A stretch of DNA of 64,000 bases. It comes from Azolla caroliniana (Eukaryota; Plantae; Polypodiophyta). The translations under genes were made by a program, and so were the position numbers. Location of the stretch: contig JBHGNT010000009.1 of the NCBI GenBank assembly GCA_043228905.1, forward strand, positions 10,912,001 through 10,976,000, read 5' to 3'. Position 1 is the first letter of the stretch. Every line of letters begins with the position of its first letter. The notes beneath the pieces are model-generated. The model was not told the DNA's origin. It saw only the letters and a list, made by a program, of their open reading frames with translations, and made no database searches. Positions 23,449 to 37,667 of the stretch are shown in pieces.

Positions 23449-24658
23449 CCCCATAGTTTTCGCTTAACGTGGGTGTATCCTCTCTATCGCTCACTCAGAA
23501 CCTTTGCGCCGAATCAGATGGTGAATCTTGTTCCGCCTTCTTCCTCCTAGTTGATCACCCACCTAATTCCGGTTAGACTCGTGTTGACCGTCACATATAT
23601 CGGGGACTCCTTTCCATAGACCACCTTCTGGAGGGCTTGCACCGCCATCAGCATCCCCTTCAATCTCTGTGTGCTCTTCTCCCCACTCAAACCTCTGACC
23701 CTTCTTCAGCAAGTCATAGAGTGGCTCGGCAATATGCACATAATGGGGAATCTAGATGTGGTAGAAGGCACATGGCCCTAGGAACCACCGGACCTCCGTA
23801 GTCGACATGCATTCCTCCTTCATCGCCGAGATGGCCTCTACCTTGGCCGGAGATAGTTTCCAGCCTTAGGGTCCACACATGTGACTGACCACCAAGATCT
23901 CGGACTGTCTGAATGCCGATTTCTCTCCCAAGAAGATTAGGTGTGCCCCCTCGAACCTCTGCATCATCCGTCCTCTCCGACCGACTCTTTCTTTTGATCC
24001 TCCAGACACCCTTTTATTAGGATGTCATCTAGGAACAGCATGGTAATGTCCTAGATGCAATCCTGTAGTATCTTATTCATTGCATTTACCATGTGCGCCT
24101 TTGATTCGTCCCTCCTTGCAGCACGGTACACATCCGAACTAAGACGAGAGGGGTTCGCATAGTTATGATGTCCCTACTTTCGATGGCTAGTTGGAACTGA
24201 TTATACCGTATGTACAAATCCTTAACTGAGTAGATTGACCTTCCGGCAAAGGCCTCCGTGAACTCATCGATGGTCGATCCTACCCCTGCATTTCGGATTG
24301 TCACCTTATTGACTGGTTGCAAGTCCTGTATGAAGCACAACGTGTCGTTCTTCTTTGGCACCATAAACCACCAATTCGAATATGGGGCACACTCCACGGT
24401 TTGAGGATCCCCATCTCAATCTTCTCGGTGATAGCTCCATCAGATTCAGGATTTGAGCTCTTGCCACTGGAATCAGTTTAAGGTTCAACGGTACATGTAG
24501 TACCGTGATTATCACCATCCATTTGACGATGGTTGGGTCAACGCCTCCGATCTTATCCGGCTGAAATGCAAAAGCCCTCCCATCACTCTCGATCATTTTC
24601 CGAAACGGGTCCTCCTCTGCACGTATTAGGAAGCCACCCCCACCGATTTTGACCATCC

Positions 24659-27600
24659 GTGAGCTGGGGAGCCGGTATGCCGGATCCAATCCGTAACCGG
24701 AAGCCTAGTATAGGTTAGACTACTAGGCAGTTATAGTCTCATAGTTAGTGTCAGACGCTCGTGTGGGCATTGAAGTACACCGTACTTCTAACAGTCCCGT
24801 GTGGACTTGTATAAATAGCGTTGATGAGCGTGTTGTAGAGACAGAACATACAGAGTATAGAGTATTCATATAATTTTGAAAAATAGTGTGTTCTCACTCT
24901 CTCTCTCTCTCTCTCTCCCGCGTACTCTCTCTCTCTGTGTGTGTATTGTTCTCTCTAACGCTTCCGCAAGCAATCTTTCACATGGTATCTGAGCGCGTGG
25001 GTTGAGAACCTCTGCTCCAGACATCTACGCTTGTGAAGGAAACCCTAACAGATCGGAAAGCAGAAACAAAAGGAGAAATGGACAGAGGTATGGCTACGTC
25101 GCTCCCGGTGGAGAAGCTCGACAGAACCAACTACGCATCTTGGTCATACAAGATGCACCAGTACATGCTTGGGCATGGCTACTGGAGTTATGTCGACGGA
25201 GTGAACGACTCAGCACCTGAGACGACACACAAGAACTTCCCAGTGTGGGAACAGGTGACCAGCAGGGTGATGTACTGCTTCGTGTCCAGTGTCGGTGACC
25301 AGCTGCTCAGCCATATCCGTGACGCCAAGACACCGAAGGATGCTTGGGGAAACTTGAAAAAGTCTTCGCCGCAAGCACCACTGCCCGGAAGATGCAACTC
25401 AGACAGGAGTTGAGCAATGTTCGACAGAAGAACATGTCGGTGGTAGATTACACTGCCCGGATCAAAGGGATCTGTGACTCGCTTGCCTCTATTAACGTCA
25501 CCGTAGAGGAAGACGAGATGGTACAGGTCTGTCTTGGAGGCCTGGCGTCCAAGTTCGGAGCTTTCCGAACTGCGGTTTGTACAAGGGAGAATACGCCCTC
25601 ATTTTTCGACTTATAGTCGATGCTCCTTGTAGAGGAGAACCACGCCGGTGCATCTACCAGTGCATCCCCAGACAGCTAGATGTTGTACACGGGAGCGGAT
25701 CGGTCCCGCAGGCGTGGTGGACGAGGCAGGTCGGCACGTAATGGAGGCGGCCGGCAAGAGCAGGAACAAAGGCACAGTGAGCGTGCCGAAAGCAGTTCCG
25801 ATCTTCCACAAGCAGGGGGAGTCAAGGTGGTGCCGAAGGCCGGCAAGACAAATCTGCTACGGAATTCTGGTACTGTGGCAAAAAGGGCCACAAGGAAAGC
25901 GAGTGTTGGAGAAACTGTGCCGATTCGGACAAATCCGGATCCGGCAAGACCGGTAAGGAAGGACGACAAAGCTCGCACTACGCAAATGGATCGGGAGGAT
26001 CCAAGAACGGTAAGGGGCCAGCCTTGGTGATGAAGCACAAGGCAAACTCAATGAAGAAGACCACTTCCAAATCGGAGGAAGTGTGGTACGTTGACTACGG
26101 CGCATCAAACCACATGAAGAGCCACGGGGAGTGGTTCTCCTTTTTGGAGAAGCCGGATCAACCGGGAGTTGTCGAAACCGGAGACGACACTCCCCACCCA
26201 ATCGTGCACGTCGGAGAAGTCCCTTTGAGCCATGTCGGACAGAGGGGGAAGCTGATGAATGTATTACATGTTCCGACGATCACGAAGAACCTGGTGTCGG
26301 TCGGATAGATTGTCGACAAGGGGATGCAGGTGCGGTTTACGCACCTCGGGTGCTTCATTGAGGATGAGGGCGAAGTTATTGCGCAAGGGCGCAGAGATGG
26401 GAGGATGTTTATCCTCAACACCAATGATGTTGGCATCGCACTGTTCGCCAAAGGACAGAAGGTCGAGTCGGATATCGACCTGTGACACAAGCGGATCGGC
26501 CACGTCAACTACCGGAGGCTTCAAGACCTGCAAACGAAACAAGTCGTTTTCGGTTTGCCGAAGTTTAGCGGCCGGAGAGCCCAAATTTGTGAAGCCTGCC
26601 AACTTGGGAAGCAACACCGGCTTCCATTCCCCACCGAAATAAATCGAAGCCGTAACAAGCTCGATCTTATCCATTCGGATGTGTGGGGACCGGCACAAAA
26701 TGTTAGCATTGGTGGGAGTCGAAATTTCGTCTCCTTCATCGACGACTACACGCGGCATACATGGATCTACCTCATTGAGCGGAAGAGCGAAGTCTTCGAG
26801 TGTCTCCGGAGCCTCCAGAAGATGGTGGAACAGGAATCGGAGAGGAAGATCAAATCCCTACGGTCGGATGGCGGAAAAGAGTACTTTCCAGCCAATTCAA
26901 CAGCTATCTACAACAAAAAGGAATTCGGCGAGAATTCAGCTGCAGATACACACCGCAACAGAACGGTGTGGCCGAAAGAAAGAATCGGTCGTTGATTGTC
27001 GCAGCTAGGGCAATGCTGGAGGAAAAGAGCATGCCCAAGTTCTACTGGGCGGAGGCAGTCCAAACGACTGTTTACATCCAGAACCGGATTGGGGACAAGG
27101 TGTCAGCTCACGAGCTGTATTTCGGGCGCAAGCTGAATTTAAGACACCTCCGGATATTCGGCAGCATAGCCTATGTACATGTGCCGGATGAGAAGCGGAG
27201 AAAGCTGGATGCAAAATCGGAAAAGTGCACCCTAGTCGGCTATCCTCAAGAGCAAAAGGGGTATAAGTGTTATAACCCCCGGACAAAGCAGGTCCGAGTC
27301 AGCCAAGATGTCGAGTTTGATGAATTGGCATCGTGGTATTCCTTACCAACTCCGACTTCCGATCCCGACTCGATGTCGGAGGATGGGGCTAGTGATCCTG
27401 AACCGGCCCAGGTAGAGAACGATGAAGTCGGCACTCAAGATGAGAGTCCGGAATGGTTCTGGTTAAGCAGACCGAATGAGAGACTAGATCAGTCCAACCA
27501 GTCAGATGATGAGACGGCGAGTAGTGGAGACTCTATCTTGCTCTCCCCGCACAAGGAACCGAGGAGACGGTTCACACGCAAAGAGAAAGGGAAGTAGAAG

Positions 27601-30506
27601 ATGCCGGAATTCGAGACCGGCAAGGATGAGTCGGATCGGTGCGTATCTGACTTCGGCAAGGGCATAGGCAGATCTTCGGGAACGAAGACCGAACCGGCCA
27701 AGAATGGTCTCATATCGGGTAACGGTGAGTTACGCCGGTCCACCCGCCAGAAGGATCCCGTTAAACGGTACGGGTATAACGAGTACATGGCGCATCATTA
27801 TGCGTACATGACCAAGGTCGTGGAAGTGCGTGACCCGGAGAGCTACGTAGAAGTGGCAAAGGACGCAAATTGGCGTGCCGCTATGGAGGAAGAAATGTGG
27901 GCACTGGATGCCAACAGAACTTGGGACCTGGTTGACCCTCCCCGTCATTGTAAACCGATCGGATGCAAGTGGGTGTACAAGGTAAAGTACAATGCCGACA
28001 GTACAATTAACCAGTACAAGGCCAGGTTAGTGGCGAAGCGATATGCGCAGACTCATGGAATCGACTACAACGAGACCTTCGCTACTGTAGTGAAGATGAC
28101 GACGGTTCGTGTGGTACTGGCGATTGCTGCGGTAAGGGGGTGGCATCTTCATCAGATGGATGTGAAGAATGCCTTCCTTCAAGGAGATCTTGAAGAATAA
28201 GTCTTTATGACTCAGCCCCCCGGATTTTAGTCAGAGGTGAACAAGTCGGCGGTATGCCAGCTAAGGAAGTCATTGTACGGCTTGAAGCAAGCCCCCCGTG
28301 CTTGGAATGCTAAGATCACGCACCGGTTGCGAAAGATGGGGTTTGTTGCCTCTAAGTCGAACTCTTCCCTGTTCATCCGTCAAGGCTCAAATGGTTCGGT
28401 ATGTATCTTACTCTATGTTGATGATTTAGTCATCACCGGCCCAGGTCTTCCGGAAATCCACCGCGTCAAGTCCCAGTTGTCGGACGCATTCGATATGAAG
28501 GACTTGGGGGACCTTCATTATTTTTTGGGGATCGAGGTGATCCGCACCCCCGACGGCATATTGCTTTCTCAACGCCATTATGTGTTGAATATACTATACA
28601 AGTTCGGCATAACGGAATGCCGACCTGTCTCCACACCCCTGGACCGGAATCACAAGATCCGTCCCAACTCCGGACCATCCTGCGATGAGAAACGGTTCCG
28701 ACAAATAGTCGGAAGCCTGATCTACTTGACCATCACCCGACCCGACATTAGTTATCTGGTCGGAGTGGTAAGCCAATTCATGCAGAAGCCGACCGTGGAG
28801 CACCTTCAGTGCGCGCAACGAATCCTGAGGTATGTAAGCGGCACTAAGGACCGGGGGCTCTTATACCGGCAAGGTATAACCGAAGAGCTTGTTGGCTACA
28901 CGGATGCCGACTGGGCTAGCGATGCAATGGATCATCGCTCAACTTCTGGCTTTATGTTTTCTCTTGGAAGCGCGGCTATTGCGTGGAGCAGCAAAAAGCA
29001 ACCAACAGTGGCTCTATCTAGCACTGAGGCTGAATACCGGGGCGCGACCGTTGCCACCTGCGAAGCCATTTGGCTTCCGCGACTACTGCAAGACCTGCGG
29101 ATCAAGGTACCGACCCCGATCCTGATCTACTGCGATAACCTCAGAAGCATGTAGCTCGCCAAGAACCCTGTGTTCCACGCTCGTACAAAGCACATAGAAG
29201 TGCATCATCACATCGTGCGTGAGCGGGTCCTGAGCGGTGAAGTTGAACTACGGTATGTTCACACAGATCGGCAAATTGCCGACATCTTCACCAAGCCGCT
29301 CGGGTCGGACAAGTTCTAGCACTTTACCGAAATGCTTGGTGTTTAGCATCTCGATGTGCCGCACTTGAGGGGGAGACGCAAGGGCAAAGACACTACCAAA
29401 CCGGGCAAAGGCAAAAAAACTGTTGAACCCGTAGGTAAGAGAAGAACCAGTAGAGGTGGAGACAAGAAGAAAAATGAAGCCGAGTCGACGAAGGAAGTCG
29501 GCACATCCGAGCAGGTCGGAGTGAGCGGCTGTGAAGAAGAAGTGTACACTCAGGGTGAGAAGTGCATGCTATTCGGAGGTCATTGCACGGAGTCGAATGA
29601 AGAATTCGACTTCGGTGAACCAGTTGAAGGAGCCAAGGGAAGCACGGAGAAGGCCAAGACCCGGACGTGGTCCGATGTGGTGAGAGGCCTGAAGCTGAAA
29701 ATCGAATCGGAGGATACCGATTCGGACAAGAGCTAGAACGAGTCGGAGATAGCCAATTCGGATCAACAGACGGATCCGGATGAGTCAGATCAACTAGAGG
29801 CTAAGGAGACACGGACGCAACGGAAGTCAATGCCATCGCGGAGGAACCAACAAATCGGCAAGCGCCGGAGTCATAGCAGCAAAGGAGCTGAGAAGGGCCT
29901 ATTGAGCAGACATGCTGAAGGTCGAGGCGTGCAGAACCAAAGGGGTCGCGGTAAACAGGACCGGACTGGACAAGGAGCACGAGCAAGGCGAAGCGACGCC
30001 AGGAGAAGTCGGTTGGAAGAACCGGCTGCCACAGAGGTTGACACTACGACTCTAACTCAGGTTGAGCTTGAGGGGGAGTGTTGAGCGGCAAGCTCAACCG
30101 TAGCCGGATCGGCTGAATAAGCCTAAGCCGGTAAGCGAGATGAATCAGTATGCCGGTGAGCAACCGAGCCAGTAAGTAGTAAGGACCGGTGAGCTGGGGA
30201 GCCGGTATGTCGGATCCAATACGTAACCGGAAGCCTAGTATAGGTTAGACTATTAGGCAGTTATAGTCTCGTAGTTAGTGTCAGACGCTCGTGTGAGCAT
30301 CGAAGTACACCGTACTTCTAACAGTCCCGTGTGGACTTGTATAAATAGCGTTGATGAGCGTGTTATAGATATAGAGCACAGAGTATTAATATAATCTTGA
30401 AAAATAGTGTGTTTTGCTCTCTCACTCTCTGTCTCTCCCGCGTACTCTCTCTCTCTCTCTCTCTCTGTATTGTTCTTTCTAACGCTTCCGTAAGCAATCT
30501 TTCACA
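24659..30506 (+). mobile_element. Copia family A copy 4, near full length, with several stops and frameshifts
   Basis: 5' LTR 24659-24982 (first ~110 bp deleted), PBS TGGTATCTGAGC 24983-24994, gag-PR-INT-RT-RH, PPT to 30078, 3' LTR 30079-30506. Confidence 0.96.
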
Positions 30507-30951
30507 ACTCTGTATGCCTTCAGGTGCCCCTCGAACCTCTGTCTCTCCCGATCACTGATGCCATATGCTATACGAGATCCATTATCAGAGAGCCAATTTT
30601 CCTACCTAATGTACAAGTGTGGGGTTTCGGCCTGTTGTCTAGACTATCGCGCCCCCACGCCTTGACAACCCTCTTCAAAAATCCTCTCGGCCTTCCCTTG
30701 AGAGAGAGTCGCTTGTGATTCGGCCGAACCATCAGGAACTGGACAAAATGACAATCGTCTTGGCTCTTCACTCTTGCATATGCCGAACCGTTGTCTAGCA
30801 CTTTCGTCTCCATGTGAGCCCCCATAATGTATGGTTCACCTAGTATGACCGGGTTGATAAATCTTTACGTCTCCGACCTTCACCCGGACATTCAGGCATG
30901 CACCTTGTAGCTCCTCCATAGCGCGGGTCACCGCACATATCTTCCATCCAT

Positions 30952-33900
30952 TGTCGCGTTGTTACGCGCGTGCGTGTAGAAGGGCGGGACCACGGGGGTC
31001 TCGGACGAGGGAAGCTGGGAAGCCGGGAAGCCGGGAAGACGACTCCGACGCGTTCCGGAAGCAACCGTACGAGAGAGAGAGGAAGAGGGGGAGAAAGAGA
31101 GGAAGCGCGCGCTTGACACCAACTCACACACACACACACACACCGACCCAACTCACGCCCTCATGTAAAGGAAATGCAGGGAAGGGAAGCACCCGACACC
31201 AACAGAGACACGAATATGCACAAACAAATACGAGTATGTATATTACAAAGGGGGAGAAAACATTCCCGGCTTCGAGCCGGACCAAGGTAGGGTAGGTTAC
31301 AACAGCAGTCTGCTGCCAAGCCGCCGTCCGGGGAGCTCTCAAGCTCGTCGCGCAGAGTAGGGTCTTGCACAGGAGATCGAGTAGAAACAACCCTAAACAG
31401 ACAGACATGAACTCTCCACCCACACCGCGAAGAGGAAGAAGAAGAAGAAGAAGAACTAACCCTAAATCTAACAGTATACCCTCTAACACAAAATGGGCAA
31501 CCCCATCACAAAGGGCGCTCCCTTCCTTTTATAGAACAAGGAGAGGGATGCGTTACAATGTGGGATAAATCCCGACTTACATGGGATTCCCTATCCCGAC
31601 TTGACTCCTACTATTCACACGTTTATAAAAGGGTGTGTGCACATGGTGCACACCGCCGATTCTCTCGATATTCTCCGATTTCGCCTAGGGACGGTTTTCT
31701 CCACGACATCCACCCCCACCTAACCGCGCATCCACCGGTATGCACCAAAATAGACTTTTCACCGGAGACGACCGGCCCGCGCTTACCCTTCATCCTCCAG
31801 ATCGTCATTTGCTTCGGACTGGCTCATCCTCACCGCTTGCCTCTCCGTAGGCTCATTTGTCCCGTCGATGGGTCGTTCGCCGCGATTCTCTGTAGTACGC
31901 GTACTTCCGCTGGCCCTTGTTCGGTCGTATGCATGCCCCGCTCTTCGCCGTATGCCCGATGTCCTCTGCTTGAGGAATGCCCATAGTGGCCCGCTTGGTC
32001 TCCGTCGATCATTCGTGTTGTCCCTATTGCCATCCATGTTTCGCGCTGCCTTCGTCCTCTCGCTGCCACCTTCCTTCTCCATGGTCTTACGTCGCCACGT
32101 CGGCTCGAACCGCCATGGTCTCCGAAACGGTGTGGAGGATCCTCCTCTGGCCTTCTACGCGCTACCTCCGAACCACGCAACCCGTCTTCGCGCTCGCCTT
32201 TCCGCTCCAGCACCTCTGTGTGCCGCATACCCTCATTCGTTGTTTGGCACTGCCTGTGCCGCACTCCGTCCCGCAGTCACGCTTCGATCCGGCCCGTGAT
32301 GGCCACTTGCGAGACTCTTGTTCTGTCCCATGTGTGCCTTTCCGGCCCAACACACCTCCCCGTGTTTGGCCCTACCGGCTCCTTCCGAAACCGTAACCGG
32401 CCCGTAAGGGTTTCGCACTTCGTCCGCCCCCGTCTTACCGACTCCCGATCCGCTATCTCGTGTTGCCGGATCCCATTCCCTGCCACCACCGGCCTTCTCC
32501 CTAGGTCTCACGTTGCCATGTTGGCCGAACTGCCGGGGTCTCCGGATCGGTGTGAGGGTCCCATAGGACCGGTCTTCGTTTCGTTGCTTGCCAAAATTCG
32601 GGTGTCTTTTGTTTGAGTCCCTCCCGGACTCTCCTCGTGTCTTCCGGGTAGTCAAGTCCCGTTTCCTGCCGCCACCAGCCTTCTCCTGAGGTCTCACGTT
32701 GCCACACTGGCCGAACTGTCGGGGTCTCCGGTCTGGTGTAGGGATCCCGTAGGACCGGACTTCCTTATGCACGTGACCTTGCCGGTAGATCTTTCGATTT
32801 ATAGCCGCTTCGCCGGCCTGATACCTTCCTTCTCTGCTTTCCATCGTCCGATCACATTCACCTACCGCCACCGATCTCTCCTATAGGACTTACGCCGGCT
32901 CTCGGGTCGACCGCCGGATCGGTGTGAGGATCTTCGTGGGACCTTGGTCTGCCCGCCTTGTCGCCACCACCTTTCTTCACTCTAGGTCTCACGTCGGCTC
33001 TCGGGCCGACCGCCGGAGTCTCTAGAACCGGTGTGTGTAAGGTCGCTACAGCACCGCTCGTCGTCTAGTCACGTTCACCTGCCGCCACCGATCTCTCCTA
33101 TAGGACTCACGCCGGCACTCGGACCACCAACCGGATCGGTGTGAGGACCTTCGTGGGACTGCCCATCCGCAGTTCTTTGCCTTCATCCCCTCGCCGCCAC
33201 CTTCCTTCTCCATGGTCTTACGTCACCACGTCGACTCGAACCGTCATGGTCTCCGAAACAGTGTGCAGGATCCTCCTCTGGCCTCCGATTTGTCTTCCTG
33301 ACCCTGTCCCGGGTCACCCTTTTTCGCATGCTGAGAGGGCGGTTTGCTCCGCACCCTCTCCCGTGGTACCGATGTACTGTGTCCTCAGCCTCTTCATAGG
33401 CCTGCTCTCTTCCTCCCTCCCGGAATGGTTATCCGGGAGTCCGCTCCGCCCGGTTCTCATCCGGGTCCGTTCGTCATTCTCCGGATTGCCGGGTCCCGAT
33501 CTCCTGTCGCCACTGACCTCTCCTATAGGACTCACGCTGGCGCTTAGGCCGACAGCCGGATCGGTGTGAAGATGTCTGTAGGACCGGTCTTCGTTCTCCT
33601 CTTCATCCCTTGTACTTCTCCCGAACTCATCGTTGCTCTCCTTCTCGCGTACCCGCCTCCATCTCCCATCTCTCTAGGTCTCACGCCGGCGCTCGCTGCC
33701 GGCTGCTTGAGTCTCCGGATAAGAAGTGGTGCTTCCGTCCCGTAATGATTTGCGGACGCTCGTTCGGGGTACCGCTCCCAAGCACGTTCGGTGAGAAGCA
33801 TCCAGTCTGTGATCAACCAAGCCCCGCCTGGGCTTGGTTCACCAATGTCCGGAGTTTCGGCTCTCATGCCGACCTCCCCAAACTCGTTCCGAACCCTTGA

Positions 33901-35202
33901 TCACTTCCCTTCCAATTCCCGACCTTCACCCGGTCGGTCTTTCACCCCATGTAAAACAGGGCGGCTCGTCCCGCACTCTCTCCCGTATCGGCACCTTCAT
34001 GCCGATGATTCTCGGTCTCTCGTCGCCGCCTTCCTCCTCTTGGGACTCACGTGGGCACTCAGGCCCGACTGCCGTTGTCTCGAGAGCAAGTGTGGGAAGA
34101 CACGAGGAATCGCCCGTCCATTTTACAACCTTGTCCGTAGCCACCGGCTCTTCGTGGTCGGCGGTCGTCTCCTTACCGATCGCGCAAGCCCCGTTTGGGC
34201 TTGCTTCTCCCCTGACCGGGGTTTCGGGCTGACACGCCCGAAACCGCTGGTCCCAACGTTCCGATTCTGCAATCGGTATCTCGGCCTCGTCCTTGGCCGT
34301 TCTATCTCTGCAAGTCGAGAGGGCGTTTTGTTTCGCACCCTCTCTCGTGGTACCGTCGTACCGGTCTTCCGCCATCTCGTGGGGCAAGTTCGGCTCCTCG
34401 GCCTCGGCTTGCGGCCTTGATCTTTCCTCTTCCTCGAGCCTCACCCCGAGAGCCGCGTACGCCTTCGCAATCCTGGCCCCGAAGCCGAGCCTTGCAGACT
34501 CTCTTTGCCGTTCGGCCTCTTCCTGTTGTGATGGCATGCCGTCGCGGGCCTTCCTCTTAGCCTTCTCGGCTCGCTCGTCATCTAGCCGTTGGCACACCCT
34601 TCCGACCTTCGACCAGTCCTCGGTGAGGCCATTCGCTCCGTCCTCGTCTTCGAGCTCAATCCCGATGGCCTCCTGTTCCGCACGGTCGATCGACCTGACG
34701 AACAATAGGACTTTGTCCGCCCCCACCAAACCTTGTTCCCGCTCCGGGAGCCGAGCAAGCCGTCGCTTGAACTCTCGGAACGCCTTCGTTGCGCCCCGAT
34801 GGGTCTTTGCCGTTGCTACCCATTGGTCGAAGTCGTGTTGTCCCCGGCTCTTTCGCAGTCCTCCATATGCCTTCAGGAGTGCCTCTTCGAAGGCCTCCTA
34901 CGAACTATCAGCTTCTCGGAGCTCCTTCACTTGCGCTTGCTATCGCTCGTCCAAACTCCCTCACCGCTTCAACGAAAAGTTGTGCGAAGTCATCTTCTTC
35001 CGACTCCATTCTCCCTTGCCGCCCTTCACGTTGGGTTCACCAAAGATGTCACGTTGTTACGCACGTGCGTGTAGAAAGGCGGGACCACGGGGGTCTCAGA
35101 CGAGGGAAGCCGGGAAGACGATTCCGGACGCGTTCCGGAAGCAACCGTACGAGAGAGAGAGGAAGAGAGGGAGAAAGAGAGGAAGCGCGCGCTTGACACC
35201 GA

Positions 35203-35233
<31 letters not shown>

Positions 35234-35801
35234 CGACCCAACTCACACCCTCATGTACAGGAAACGCAGGGAAGGGAAGCACCCGACACCAACAGAGACA
35301 CGAATATGCACAAAAAGATACGAGTATGTATATTACAAAGGGGGAGAAAACATTCCCGGCTTCGAGCCGGACCAAGGTAGGGTAGGTTACAACAGCAGTC
35401 TGCTTCCACGCCGCCGTCCGGGGAGCTCTCGGGCTCGTCGCGCAGAGCGGGGTCTTGCACAGGAGACCGAGCAGAAACAGCCCTAAACAGACATATATGA
35501 ACTCTCCACCCACACCGCGAAGAGGAAGAAGAAGAAGAAGAAGAAGAACTAACCCTAAATCTAACGGTATACCCTCTAACACAAAATGGGCAACCCCATC
35601 ACAAAGGGTGCTCCCTTCCTTTTATAGAACAAGGAGAGGGATGCGTTACAATGTGGGATAAATCCCGACTTACATGGGATTCCCTGTCCCGACTTGACTC
35701 CTACTATTCACACGTTTATACAAGGGTGTGTGCACATGGTGCACACCGCCGATTCTCTCGATATTCTCCGGTTCCGCCTAGGGACGGTTTTCTCCACGAC
35801 A
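30952..35801 (-). mobile_element. Non-autonomous tRNA-Trp-primed LTR element (gag N-terminus plus repeats, no pol)
   Basis: Highly similar LTRs 30952-31708 and 35047-35801. PBS 35026-35042, PPT 31709-31717. 4-bp TSD CCAT/CCGT; excision restores the host protease frame (TKHG|WKICAV). Gag homology DKVLLFVRS vs host SKVLLFIKL. Confidence 0.92.
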
Positions 35802-37649
35802 CCGTGCTTAGTGTTGTTCGGCCATTTCCCCTTCTTATAGAAGTCCATGGACATTAGGTTGATTTCCGAACTGTGGTCAATCAACGTTATGACCAACTCC
35901 TTCACATCTCCAATCTGGACCAGTGTCTACATTGTTGCCCTCATCCAATGCAGCCTCATATAGTGGCTATCAACACATTCATCCTCTCCTGCCACTTCGT
36001 CAATGTGTGTCACTTTTCCTTCAACACTTTCTCGCTTTCCGGCTCAAGCGAGAGCCAATTCCTCTTTACCCGGTCGAGGATTGTGTCATGGAACTCCTTC
36101 TTGGCAATACCCAATACCTCTTGTTGGATGAATTTCACTCAACTATCGAGGATGTGCTCCTCAAAGATCTTCCGTAGGTCTATCGACTTCTCAATCTCCA
36201 AGCTCAGTCGGAAGCTCGAAAATCTTCCTTTTTCCTTTTCCTACACGTTAGTCGGGCCATCATCATTCTTCCTTGGCCCGCTCCGGGTACCGTACCTACT
36301 TGAAGGGTCGGCTCCTCTGGCCTTCCCGACCCACTTGTCTTCAACCAGAACTTCATAGTTCTAGCACACAGCTTCTACGAAGCCAATCTTTTTCTCTACC
36401 GGATCGCTCGACCCGATGACCTCTCAAACTTGCCTCTCCACGCGATCCGCCTCTTCCTTCTTCAGCTTCTTCCCGGAGAAGCCTTCAAGTATCACCGGCC
36501 AAAATCTGGTGTCGCTTCCAAAGCTGGTGTTCTTCTCTCCTCCTACCTGAATACCTGCCGATGCCTGGTAGTGGATAGCTTTGACGTGTCGTGCCGCCTC
36601 CTCCTCCATTATCCTCTTCATACCGCCTCGTCGGTGTTCATCTCAAGGGGCCTTCGTTTTTTGCTTGCGTGTACCGGGCCATTCCAAAGGTACACCACAT
36701 TGTTCTTCAGCACGTAGGGCGAAGTCGGCGCAGTCCCTCTAGATGTGGTCGACACCGTCGCACCACATGCATCTAAGGCTATTAGGCAGGTGCCGGTCAC
36801 GTGAATGACCCCCGCCATCCCTCTAAGCCTGAGCGATTTGGAGATCGCGCACAATTTTCATCAACCCCTCCAGCCTCGCACTCTCGGACGATACCTCGAC
36901 CACGTTGGTTGGTACTGGGCCCAAGTCGGCCTACCTTCTCACCTTATCCGGCAGAGTCGGCACCTCTATCACTACTCGTCCCTTCACGAATGGGCCGGCC
37001 GATGACAACCCTTCATCGCTCCACCATTCCTGCAATTTGTTGAAACGACTGCAGACTCTTTTCACCATGACCCAGTCAGTCGTAACGTCGTCGTCTGTCT
37101 TGCGAAGGAAACCTACCTCACGGTCGCACGAGTTGACCAACTTGATGAACAATAGGACCTTGCTCATATCAAACACGGTCTGGTCTAGCGCCAATAGTCG
37201 TGCAAACCGCTTCTCGAACTCCTAGAGAAGCGCTCATGTGTTCTTCCTTTTTTCAGGGAGCTTGACCCACTCCATAAGCTCCCTCTTCGACATTCAGAGC
37301 GAGTCATCGAGACCATACCACGCAAGGAGCCTCAACTCGAGCTCCTTCCAGTGGCGACAGACTGTTTGTATCTCAAGCACCTCATCGTGGATGCTCGCAG
37401 TGACAAGCCTAGCAAAGTTGCCCAACCCTCTTTCCTCGAGAATGTCCCTCATGACCATTTCAGCCATGTAGGCCTCCATATAACTCAAGACATCCTTTCC
37501 ATTAAATCGGCTTGTCATGCCGACTATGTTCTCTATGGCCCTGTCGAGGCCAACAGAGCTCTCTCGTGCAGTCAGCAAGCGGTCAACAGCTACTGCCATC
37601 GCCTCAGTGAGCTCACTGCCTCTCATCCTGGAACTCCTTTGCCGCCCTT

Positions 37650-37667
37650 TTCACGTCGGGTTCACCA
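37650..37667 (-). other. Primer-binding site complementary to the tRNA-Trp 3' end
   Basis: Minus strand reads TGGTGAACCCGACGTGAA, complementary to the recalled plant cytosolic tRNA-Trp end (TTCACGTCGGGTTCACCA), 4 nt from the LTR. One-mismatch copy at 35026-35042. Confidence 0.85.

Noticed and set aside
32066-33640. CRISPR-like interspaced repeats
   Set aside because: Repeats are degenerate and irregularly spaced, lie inside a eukaryotic LTR element, and no cas genes are present.
34293-35486. 397-aa plus-strand ORF
   Set aside because: Non-ATG start, antisense to the GC-rich gag and running through LTR microsatellite; no recognisable motif.
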